A DNA stretch of 64,000 nucleotides from an uncultured Bacteroidales bacterium (GCA_905233585.1 CAJOFD010000003.1:4201-68200); one strand, 5' to 3'. Shown: positions 56,132-64,000, counted from the first letter of the stretch. Notes: generated by a model not told the origin, from the sequence alone. A program made the numbers and translations.

Positions 56132-57099
56132 TTGTTATTGTTTCTCAAGAAAACGATAGTTCTACAAATGATGTAATGGATTGGTTATACGCATGGAATA
56201 AAAAAGTTGTGCGAATCAATGAAACCGATACAATTAATTCATTCTCTTTACAAATAGATGATAATGATCTGTCTTTAATTTTTCGTTGTGGAAACAAAGA
56301 ATTTAAAATATCTGACGTAGATTATTTTTGGTTTCGAAGAGGAGGCTTTGTGTTTGATGTGTCATTTCTAACAAAAATAGAACCGCATTTTTATACGTAT
56401 TTAAAAGAACACTTATCAGATGAGTGTAACACAATGAAGGATTTTTTAGTTTATTTATTAAATAAGAAACCTTCTTTGGGTAATTATTATCAGGGAAATG
56501 CAAATAAATTAATAAGTTTATATGTTGCTCAAAAAGTTGGAATGGAAATACCCAATACCATAATTTCTTCTGCCAAGGAAGATTTACTACATTTTTACAA
56601 AAATCAGAAATCGAGTATAACAAAATTTATACAAGATGTTTTATGTTTTAATTATCAAGGATATAGATATTATACAAATACTTCCCTTGTTGAAAAAAAC
56701 GACATAAAAAAAATGAGGGGAACCTTTTTCCCATCCCTTTTACAAAAGGAAATACATAAACGTTATGAATTGAGAATTTTTTATTTAAAGGGGAAATGTT
56801 ATTCTATGGCAATATTTTCACAAGAAGATAAACAAACAGTTATTGATTTTCGAAACTATAATGACCAAATTCCTAATCGTTATGTTCCTTATAAACTACC
56901 TCATAATATTGAAGATAAAATAGATAAGTTTATGCATAAAATGAATTTAGATACAGGTTCTATAGATATGATTGTTACGCCTGATTTAAAATATATTTTT
57001 TTAGAAGTTAATCCTGTTGGACAATATGATATGGTATCTGTTCCATGCAATTATTATCTACATAAAAAAATAGCACAAACAATTAGTAACAATGAATAA
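56128..57099 (+). CDS. ATP-grasp peptide ligase (RiPP maturase, MvdC/D-like)
   Basis: Start reassigned to MIVIVSQENDSST (ATG 56128). Motifs NKLISLYVAQKVGMEIPNT, ELRIFYLKGKCYSMAIFS, VIDFRNY and GSIDMIVTPDLKYIFLEVNPVGQY. Confidence 0.8.
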   Translation: MIVIVSQENDSSTNDVMDWLYAWNKKVVRINETDTINSFSLQIDDNDLSLIFRCGNKEFKISDVDYFWFRRGGFVFDVSFLTKIEPHFYTYLKEHLSDECNTMKDFLVYLLNKKPSLGNYYQGNANKLISLYVAQKVGMEIPNTIISSAKEDLLHFYKNQKSSITKFIQDVLCFNYQGYRYYTNTSLVEKNDIKKMRGTFFPSLLQKEIHKRYELRIFYLKGKCYSMAIFSQEDKQTVIDFRNYNDQIPNRYVPYKLPHNIEDKIDKFMHKMNLDTGSIDMIVTPDLKYIFLEVNPVGQYDMVSVPCNYYLHKKIAQTISNNE

Positions 57100-57280
57100 A
57101 AAAAAATTTATAGAGATTATTCATGATCAGGGAGATAGAGCATATCCTCTTCATTATAAGGATGTTAAAATGCGAAAAAATCGAATTGGGAAATTTCAAC
57201 AAAATATTTTTGTTGAAATGTTTCAATCTAAATGTTGTGAATCCTTTTGTTATTATAAACCTATTTCTAAAATATTGTGA
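57092..57280 (+). CDS. small Cys-rich ORF between the ATP-grasp and SPASM genes (candidate substrate or accessory peptide)
   Basis: 62 aa, MNKKKFIEIIHDQGD...FQSKCCESFCYYKPISKIL. Its start overlaps the ATP-grasp stop and its stop overlaps the next gene. Confidence 0.4.
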   Translation: MNKKKFIEIIHDQGDRAYPLHYKDVKMRKNRIGKFQQNIFVEMFQSKCCESFCYYKPISKIL

Positions 57281-58398
57281 GTAATTTTGTGCAGATGTAT
57301 GCTTGTTGTATTCCAGTAAAAGGATACAAAAGGTCTCTAATTTATGATTTACAGCGACCGCAAAATTCAAATTTTATTCCTAACGACATGTATGATATAA
57401 TAGTCGATTTTAGAAATAAAAGCATAGAGGAAATAAAAAGATTATATCAATATCAATACAATGAAGAAATTGACTCTTATTTTCATTTTTTGTTGGAGAA
57501 TAATTTTGCTTTTGTATTGCAGAAAAATGAGTTAAACAATTTTCCTCCTTTGGAAAACATATGGGAATCACCATCTGAAATAACCAATAGCATTATATAT
57601 GTATCCAAGAAAAACATTAAATATCTTAATTTACTATTAAAACAATTGTCAGATTTGCGATGTGATGCAGTGCAATTCTGTTTTACAGACAACATAACTA
57701 TTGAACATATTCATATATTAGGAAAACAATTGGAATTGTTACGCATTCTTTCAGTAGAAATATTATTTAACTACAATGATTTATTAAACATATCTGACAT
57801 GTTATCTGTCATAGATAAATATCCTAGAATTCGTCGAGTAGGAATAGGAAATTGTCCCCAAGAGTTTTCTTGTACAGATAAGAGATTATATTGCACCATA
57901 AATCAAATTGATTGGGAAAATGGATGTGGAAATATTTCCTCTCAATATTTTTCCATTGGAATGGAAATGTTTTTTGAATCACAACATCATAATACATGCC
58001 TCAATAGAAAAATATGTATTGATATGAATGGAAATATTAAAAATTGTCCGTTTATGAAGCAAAGTTTTGGTAATATTAAAAATACAACTTTAAAAGAAGC
58101 AATAGTAAAACAGGGATTTAAAGATTTCTGGTTCATTTGCAAAGATAATATTGAAGTATGTAAGAATTGTGAATTTCGTTATATGTGTACAGATTGTCGT
58201 TGTTATATCAAACAACCAGCAAATATCTATTCTCCGCCATCTAAATGTACATACAATCCATATATAACTTTGTGGAAACATCAAAAGCATTATGTTCCCA
58301 TAGAAGAATGTGGTTATTTTGATAAATCATTTCGATTTGTTCCGGATTATGAAAAAATAGATATGTTAAACAAGACTATTTGGGGAGATAAAGAATGA
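57277..58398 (+). CDS. SPASM-domain protein lacking the radical-SAM CX3CX2C motif (grasp-with-SPASM-type partner)
   Basis: C-terminal SPASM cysteines CLNRKICIDMNGNIKNCPF...VCKNCEFRYMCTDCRCY. No CX3CX2C anywhere in the N-terminal 230 aa. The likely true start is MYACCIPVKGYKRSLIYDLQR (ATG 57295). Confidence 0.75.
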   Translation: MSNFVQMYACCIPVKGYKRSLIYDLQRPQNSNFIPNDMYDIIVDFRNKSIEEIKRLYQYQYNEEIDSYFHFLLENNFAFVLQKNELNNFPPLENIWESPSEITNSIIYVSKKNIKYLNLLLKQLSDLRCDAVQFCFTDNITIEHIHILGKQLELLRILSVEILFNYNDLLNISDMLSVIDKYPRIRRVGIGNCPQEFSCTDKRLYCTINQIDWENGCGNISSQYFSIGMEMFFESQHHNTCLNRKICIDMNGNIKNCPFMKQSFGNIKNTTLKEAIVKQGFKDFWFICKDNIEVCKNCEFRYMCTDCRCYIKQPANIYSPPSKCTYNPYITLWKHQKHYVPIEECGYFDKSFRFVPDYEKIDMLNKTIWGDKE

Positions 58399-58410
58399 TT
58401 TTTATTAGGA

Positions 58411-58611
58411 AAAATTCAAGTTGGAATTTATAAAATTTTAGTGAAATTTTTACTGTCTTAATTCTGCCAACAGATTGTGCATGGATTCTATACATGAGAA
58501 CACCAAAATATAGCCGTCTGTAATTTTAAAATAAAAATCCGCCAAGGAGGAAAAATGCGAAACAACCCCTCTGTGTGGAATATTTCCTATTTTGCAAAGA
58601 TACAATTTTTT
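58411..58611. repeat. mosaic junction scar made of three short paralogous fragments
   Basis: Three fragments by hand alignment:
- 58411-58446 resembles the start of the IS30 remnant (13644-13676), sharing the 12-mer ttcaagttggaa.
- 58496-58557 is 54/62 identical to the PPTase 3' end at 60130-60191.
- 58580-58611 is 32/32 identical to 13523-13554. Confidence 0.7.
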
Positions 58612-58691
58612 TTAATTCAACACCAAAATGTATTTCTATGGTAGTAGAAAATATTTTTTCAAAAACATTCTGTATTTTGAAAAAAATATAC

Positions 58692-58699
58692 TATCTTTG
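58692..58699 (+). promoter_or_regulatory. -7 box TATCTTTG preceding the candidate RNA
   Basis: Exact TAnnTTTG match ~190 nt upstream of a strong terminator. Confidence 0.4.
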
Positions 58700-58705
58700 C
58701 ATTTG

Positions 58706-58896
58706 CATTGAGCGATACTCTTTGCAAACATATAACAATTCGCGTTTGCGATTTATTCGGTGCCTCTGAAATGTAGGAAGTTTCGATAGTGTACTCAAGA
58801 ATAAGTCAGCAAACGTCTGCGTGTAAGCGTGGGCGTGACTTATCAGTACATGGGCATTTCCTACAGCCTCAGAGGGATAGGGAACGCCCATTTTTT
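58706..58896 (+). ncRNA. candidate structured RNA or 5' leader (~190 nt), class unknown
   Basis: Promoter-to-terminator unit with internal helices: ataagtca (58801-08) pairs with tgacttat (58836-43), and cctctga (58763-69) pairs with tcagagg (58869-75). The overlapping minus-strand track ORF has no support. Confidence 0.4.
58852..58896 (+). terminator. intrinsic terminator
   Basis: gggcatttccta...tagggaacgccc long hairpin followed by tttttt, 23 nt before ATG 58919. Confidence 0.65.
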
Positions 58897-58918
58897 ATGT
58901 CTATAAGTTAAATAAATA

Positions 58919-60067
58919 ATGTATAAATTTAAAACCAAAGAAAAAATGAAAAAAGTAATTGTATTTATGAGTTGTCTGCTGACAACATTGTTGACTTTTG
59001 CGAAGTCAGTACAAATCACAGTAAAACCCGTTGAAGCACAAGCATCAGCACAAGTATTTGAAAAAGGGAGTCAAGTATCAGGTTCTAATGGAGTTTTTAG
59101 AGTAGAACTAGGTTTTTTGCAAGAAAAAACTCTAACAATCAAAGCGGATGGTTTTGATTCAGAACAACTCTTTATTAGTTACAAGCATAAGCAAGATGCT
59201 TATGAAGTAATTTTGAAACCTAATAGAAAAAAAGCAGTAGTATCCACAAATATTACTGATGCTACAATATATATTGATGGAGAAGAACAAGGGAAAGGTT
59301 CTGCATCGTTCAATATATTTAAAAACACAAAAAAAAATATTAAAATTGTAGCGGATGGATACGATACATATCAAGGGACAATTGGGTTCACTGATGCTTC
59401 TGGGTTGGTAATCAATAAAGAATGTCCATTAAGTCCTAATCGTAAAGATATATATATATCTGTTGCACAAGTAGGAGCAAAAGTTTTTGCAGATGGAAAA
59501 CTTGCTGGGGTAATGGCTAAAGAAACGCCTGTAAAAGTTACAATAAAAAAAGGAAATCCAGTGGAAATTCGGGTTACTTGTGAAGGATTTATGGATGTGT
59601 CTGGTAGTGTTAATTTTAGTGATAAAGATGTAAATTATAATCTTGGAAGTATGCCTGAAGATGAAGCATATAATGCTACAGATCATCAATCAAGTCATAT
59701 TGCAAATACAATCATTCCCATTAAGGTGCGTCCTGATATGAATAGAGATGCCGCTCTTAGGGCAATGATGTATTATATTACAAATCAATTTCGAAATTTA
59801 GATGTAAATAATTACGAAGCGGGCTGGATTAGAACAAAATGGAATGTAGACAAATTCGCCACAATGCAAGTCAGAACACGTATAGAATTAAAACAAGCCC
59901 CTTCAGATGGGGACGGATTATTAAAATTTGATTTATTAGTAGAAAGTCAAAAGGCTGACCCAGAAGTGGGAACTGATGATCAGAATTTTAAAGAATGGAA
60001 TTTAGTATTAAAAAAGTACAAAAAAATGTCTGAAGATGTTAGAAAATCGGTGGAGGCATTTAAGTAA
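58919..60067 (+). CDS. PEGA-domain lipoprotein/secreted protein
   Basis: MKKVIVFMSCLL signal/lipobox (alternative start 58946). PEGA-like repeats ATIYIDGEEQGKG and AKVFADGKLAGV. Confidence 0.55.
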   Translation: MYKFKTKEKMKKVIVFMSCLLTTLLTFAKSVQITVKPVEAQASAQVFEKGSQVSGSNGVFRVELGFLQEKTLTIKADGFDSEQLFISYKHKQDAYEVILKPNRKKAVVSTNITDATIYIDGEEQGKGSASFNIFKNTKKNIKIVADGYDTYQGTIGFTDASGLVINKECPLSPNRKDIYISVAQVGAKVFADGKLAGVMAKETPVKVTIKKGNPVEIRVTCEGFMDVSGSVNFSDKDVNYNLGSMPEDEAYNATDHQSSHIANTIIPIKVRPDMNRDAALRAMMYYITNQFRNLDVNNYEAGWIRTKWNVDKFATMQVRTRIELKQAPSDGDGLLKFDLLVESQKADPEVGTDDQNFKEWNLVLKKYKKMSEDVRKSVEAFK

Positions 60068-60746
60068 TTTTTAATTTTCTAAAAGTGTAAAAGAGATTTT
60101 TTATATGAATGTTTTTTTCTTCTTCATACGAGAACACTAAAAGATAGCCATCTATTATTTTAAAATAGAAATTCACCAAGGAGGAAAAATGAGGGTTGGA
60201 CACCTTTATTTTTCCTCTTTTTTGTTCAAAGTCTATGCTTTGCAGGGCAATGTCTTCAAAAAAACTGATACCCTGTTCGTAATATTGCTTGTACACGGCT
60301 TCTTTTGCCCCCCAAACAATATGCAGGGCAATATTGTCAATATGCGGCAATATTTTCCGTTCGCTGTCAAGCAGTATTTTGTCCTGTATCCTTAGTATCT
60401 TCTCCCCTATTTTTTCAATGTCAATACCTATAGGTGCCGTCTTGGAAACCGCCACAGCAACAGAATCAAAACTGTGGCTGATGGACAGAAAATATTCCGG
60501 CTCAATCAGAACAGGCTTTTCGTTGTTGAAATATGCAAGACGGTAATCGCTGCCAAGCATTTTTTTCAGCAGATACCTGCTCCACAACCATTGCAAACGC
60601 CTGTTTCTGTGTTTGAAATTTTGCAACAACAATCTATCTTGTTCGCTTAAAGTGATATTGTTAAGCAACATTTGTTCGTCATCTGTCATTTTTGTCCAGA
60701 CAATTTGAATGTTTCTGTCAAGATTATTCCACGTTTCCAAAGGCAC
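60060..60746 (-). CDS. 4'-phosphopantetheinyl transferase (Sfp-type)
   Basis: GIDIEKI and WGAKEAVYK motifs; 228 aa. Confidence 0.8.
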   Translation of the reverse strand: MPLETWNNLDRNIQIVWTKMTDDEQMLLNNITLSEQDRLLLQNFKHRNRRLQWLWSRYLLKKMLGSDYRLAYFNNEKPVLIEPEYFLSISHSFDSVAVAVSKTAPIGIDIEKIGEKILRIQDKILLDSERKILPHIDNIALHIVWGAKEAVYKQYYEQGISFFEDIALQSIDFEQKRGKIKVSNPHFSSLVNFYFKIIDGYLLVFSYEEEKNIHIKNLFYTFRKLKIT

Positions 60747-60919
60747 AAATTCTAAAAACCGTCAAATACAAAAATAACACTTTTCGTTGAAAGGAAATCC
60801 TTTTTGGCGGAAAAATTGCAGACAAGCATTTTTCACAAATAAATATATGATAAAAAATGCTATTTTTGCAGTTTAGGTTTGAACAGATACAATTCGGGCA
60901 AAAAAAATATAAAAATAAG

Positions 60920-61651
60920 ATGTATAGTTTGTATATCAAAGAGATAAAAGTTTTTCTGCATTCCATTATCGGGTATATTGTAATGGGTGTATTTTTAAGT
61001 CTGACGGGTTTGTTTTTGTGGGTTTTCCCGATGTCATATAATATCTTGGACAGAGGTTATGCCGATTTGGGATCGTTTTTCGGTTTGGCTCCCATTGTTT
61101 TTTTGCTGCTCATACCCGCCATTACCATGCGTAGTTTTGCCGAAGAAAAAAGAGTAGGCACCATGGAACTTTTGCTGACAATGCCATTGGGCAACCGGCA
61201 GATTGTTTTGGCCAAATATCTGGCGGCCGTAACCCTGTTGTTCATCGCCCTGCTTCCGACATTGATTTATGTTTTTTCCATTAATGCCTTGGGCTATCCG
61301 CAAGGCAATATGGATATGGGAGCCACATGGGGTTCTTATTTGGGTTTGTTGTTTTTGGGGGCAAGTTTTGCTGCCATCGGGCTTTTTGCCTCTTTGATAA
61401 CCGACAGCCAAATTGTTTCGTTTATCGTAGCCGTACTGTTGTGTTTTGTCATTTGGTTGGGATTCGATTTTATTTATTCTTTTAATATTTTTGGTTCTTT
61501 TGGGTTAATTATTAAATCGTTGGGCATAGAACATCACTATTCTTCCATTAGCAGAGGTGTGATAGACACAAGAGATGTAATTTATTTTTTGAGTGTCATT
61601 GTTCTCTTTTTAGAAATTTCCCATCTGAAATTACAAAGTAGAAAGTGGTAG
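60920..61651 (+). CDS. gldF: gliding motility ABC transporter permease GldF
   Basis: Start at MYSLYIKEIKVFLHS (ATG 60920). ABC-2-type permease of ~243 aa, immediately upstream of gldG. Confidence 0.75.
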   Translation: MYSLYIKEIKVFLHSIIGYIVMGVFLSLTGLFLWVFPMSYNILDRGYADLGSFFGLAPIVFLLLIPAITMRSFAEEKRVGTMELLLTMPLGNRQIVLAKYLAAVTLLFIALLPTLIYVFSINALGYPQGNMDMGATWGSYLGLLFLGASFAAIGLFASLITDSQIVSFIVAVLLCFVIWLGFDFIYSFNIFGSFGLIIKSLGIEHHYSSISRGVIDTRDVIYFLSVIVLFLEISHLKLQSRKW

Positions 61652-61689
61652 GACTTATGAGCGGAAAAGATAAAAAAGAAACGTTGAAT

Positions 61690-63423
61690 ATGAAGAAAAA
61701 TAATCTAATCGTCTTTTTGATGATTATAATAGTAGTGATAGCCTTGAATATCATTTCTTCATTTGTATTTACCCGAATAGATTTAACGGCAGAAAAGCGT
61801 TATACCATTTCCAATTCCACGCGAACAATGTTGAAAAATCTTGACGATATTGTTTATATAAAAGTTTACTTGGACGGCAAGGGTTTGCCTGCCGATTTTG
61901 CCGAATTGTCATTGAAAACAAGAGAATTGTTGGACGAAATGCGTGCATATTCCGACAATATCGAATATGAATTCATTGACCCGTCTAAAAATGTCAGCAC
62001 CGAGGAGTTGCGTGCCATTTATGGAGAATTGTACTCCAAAGGATTAAGACCACAACCCATACAAACCATGGAAGCCGATGGTGTCAGCACCCACTACATT
62101 GTTCCCGGTGCCTTGGTGTATTACAAACAGTTTGAAATACCGCTGCAATTGGTAGATTCAGACGACGGTCTGTTGGCACAACGGGATGATATTGTCAAAT
62201 ATTCCATAGAAAAATTGGAATACAATGTGGGCAATGCCATTCGGAGAATTACCCATCAACAAAAAGCCAAGGTTGCTTTTTTGAAAGGTCATGGCGAACT
62301 GACCAATGCGGAAGTTTTTAAAGCCGCCGTGGCTATTGCCCAATTTTATGAAGTGGATTCCGTAATTTTGGACAACAGAATTACAACGGGCATTTTCAAC
62401 GTGGTGGTAACAGACACGGTCAATGGAGATTTTAATATCAAAGGAAATAAATACGACCTATTAATCATTGCCAAACCGACTAAACCTTTTTCCGATTACG
62501 AAAAATTTATGTTGGACCAATTTGTTATGCGAGGAGGAAAACTCCTATGGTATATTGACCCTGTGATGGCCGAAATAGACAGCATGTACAATTTGCCCGA
62601 AATGCCCTGTTTGCCGCAAAATCTGAATCTGGAAGATATGTTTTTCCGTTACGGAGTAAGGTTTAATACCAATTTGCTGCAAGACATCAATGCCTTGTCT
62701 ATACCTGTCAGCAGCGGAGAAAATGTGGCGGGACAGGCCCAATACAAAATGATTCCATTCTATTATTTCCCTGTTATCACTCCTTTTGTTGACCACCCTA
62801 TCGTTAAGAATTTAAGTTGGTTGCGTACAGAATTTGTCAGTTCTATCGACACCGTGGGAACATCGAACAGCAATTTGAAAAAAACGGTGCTTTTAACGTC
62901 TTCACAAACAACCAAAGTAGTGAACACGCCTGCTATTATCAGTTTGGATGTCCTCAAAAAAAGAGCCGATTTGCGACAATTTAATAAACAATATTTGCCT
63001 ATCAGTGTTTTAGTGGAAGGAGAATTCTCTTCCTTATATACCGATTTACAAGGCGAGAATGTAGAACAACTCAATGTTATCCACAAAAGCAAACCTACAA
63101 AAATGATTTTTGTCGCTGATGGCGATATGATAAAAAATCAATTCGGAAAAGATAATTTTATCTATCCTTTGGGATATGACAAACATACGGCTACCGCTTT
63201 TGCCAACAAAAATTTCTTGCTCAATGCGGTTAATTATCTTTGTGAAGATGAAGATATTTTGCAAGTTCGTTCCAAAGATTTTAAAATGAGAATTTTGGAT
63301 AAAAACAAAATACTTAAAAATCGCGGATTTTGGCAAAGCGTCAATCTTGTTTTGCCCTTGTTGCTTATCTTGATAATGGGTGTTATTTTATTAACAATGA
63401 GATATTTTAAATATAAAAAATAG
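61690..63423 (+). CDS. gldG: gliding motility-associated ABC transporter component GldG
   Basis: MKKNNLIVFLMIIIVVIALNIISSFVFTRIDLTAEKRYTIS N-terminus and a C-terminal TM. Upstream alternative starts at 61645 and 61657 are possible. Confidence 0.75.
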   Translation: MKKNNLIVFLMIIIVVIALNIISSFVFTRIDLTAEKRYTISNSTRTMLKNLDDIVYIKVYLDGKGLPADFAELSLKTRELLDEMRAYSDNIEYEFIDPSKNVSTEELRAIYGELYSKGLRPQPIQTMEADGVSTHYIVPGALVYYKQFEIPLQLVDSDDGLLAQRDDIVKYSIEKLEYNVGNAIRRITHQQKAKVAFLKGHGELTNAEVFKAAVAIAQFYEVDSVILDNRITTGIFNVVVTDTVNGDFNIKGNKYDLLIIAKPTKPFSDYEKFMLDQFVMRGGKLLWYIDPVMAEIDSMYNLPEMPCLPQNLNLEDMFFRYGVRFNTNLLQDINALSIPVSSGENVAGQAQYKMIPFYYFPVITPFVDHPIVKNLSWLRTEFVSSIDTVGTSNSNLKKTVLLTSSQTTKVVNTPAIISLDVLKKRADLRQFNKQYLPISVLVEGEFSSLYTDLQGENVEQLNVIHKSKPTKMIFVADGDMIKNQFGKDNFIYPLGYDKHTATAFANKNFLLNAVNYLCEDEDILQVRSKDFKMRILDKNKILKNRGFWQSVNLVLPLLLILIMGVILLTMRYFKYKK

Positions 63424-64000
63424 ATGAAAGCGAACAAAAAAAATACAATAATTGCCATTGTGGCAATTGTCTTGTTATTAATTGCCGTCATATTATTGTT
63501 TTCCAGACAATCAGGAACCATAGACAAAGATGTAAAAAGTTTTTCCATTGAAGATACGGCTGCAGTGTATCAAATATTTATGGCCGATGCCAATCAACAT
63601 CAAGTATTGTTGCAACGTCAAGAAGACAATTCTTGGCTTGTAAACAAAATGTATCCCGCCATGCAACCCAACGTAGAAGATTTGTTGGCTTGTATGACCA
63701 ATGTAGTAGTGAAGGCTCCCGTGGCCAAAAAAGCCAGAGAAAACATAAACAAACAAATGGCTGTCGGTTCGGTTAAAGTAGAAATATATTATACTGATTA
63801 TCATATAAATATAGGAAAAATAAAAACTTGGAAATACAAAAACAAAAAAGTATATTACATCGGTCAGCAAACAATGGACAATTTAGGCAATTATGCCTTG
63901 TTGGAAGGTGCAAAGGTACCATGTGTAATATACTTGCCCGGTTTTAGGGGTTTTGTCCGTCCTAAATATTCCCCATTGGAAGACAATTGGCGTTCCCATA
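63424..64000 (+). CDS. DUF4340-like membrane-anchored protein, incomplete (runs off right edge)
   Basis: My translation from ATG 63424 (MKANKKNTIIAIVAIVLLLIAVILLF...) stays open to the window end. This is the usual partner downstream of gldG. The minus-strand track ORFs here are shadows. Confidence 0.55.
   Translation, partial: MKANKKNTIIAIVAIVLLLIAVILLFSRQSGTIDKDVKSFSIEDTAAVYQIFMADANQHQVLLQRQEDNSWLVNKMYPAMQPNVEDLLACMTNVVVKAPVAKKARENINKQMAVGSVKVEIYYTDYHINIGKIKTWKYKNKKVYYIGQQTMDNLGNYALLEGAKVPCVIYLPGFRGFVRPKYSPLEDNWRSH

Noticed and set aside
58706-58896. Identification of the candidate RNA as SRP (4.5S) RNA, given ffh in the same window and an AGGAAG segment.
   Set aside because: The conserved helix-8 core (GGAA tetraloop context followed by GGAAGCAGCC, and the opposing AGGUCAGG strand) is absent. 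The similarity is limited to a hexamer.

Overview
This is a low-G+C Bacteroidota chromosomal window, judged from TAnnTTTG -7 boxes, gldF/gldG and a DUF-rich backbone. All calls come from reading the sequence and recognising motifs by eye; no BLAST or HMM search was possible.

**Left backbone (1-13.5 kb):** a partial giant secreted surface protein (minus strand, absent from the ORF track), ffh, folD, DUF4301-like, DUF2156-like, a GNAT, two secreted/lipoproteins, a tandem Usp and thyA.

**Right backbone (58.7-64 kb):** a candidate structured RNA, a PEGA-type lipoprotein, an Sfp-type PPTase, gldF, gldG and a partial DUF4340-like gene.

**Accessory block (~45 kb, between the backbones):**
- A 5'-truncated IS30-family transposase.
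- RiPP module 1: GG-leader precursor, S41 peptidase, radical-SAM/SPASM maturase, HlyD, C39-peptidase ABC exporter.
- A ~33.7 kb Mu-like transposable myovirus prophage (21022-54723). It sits inside the last ~23 codons of the ABC exporter gene, and the displaced gene tail is readable in frame at 54724-54790.
- RiPP module 2: a second GG-leader precursor, a secreted 300-aa protein, an ATP-grasp ligase, a small Cys-rich ORF, and a SPASM-domain protein lacking the CX3CX2C radical-SAM motif.

**Most interesting points:**
1. Without the prophage, the two RiPP modules form one contiguous locus. It looks like an uncharacterised 'grasp-with-SPASM' type system coupled to an rSAM/S41/export module.
2. Both precursor genes carry small leader-disrupting lesions in repeats: an A6 tract and a perfect 8-bp tandem duplication.
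3. The prophage carries antisense morons with their own host-type promoters, plus an unknown gene co-transcribed with its repressor.
4. Short paralogous fragments bracket the whole accessory block: an exact 32-mer, an IS30-start fragment and a PPTase 3' fragment.
5. A promoter-to-terminator ~190 nt RNA candidate lies at 58.7-58.9 kb.
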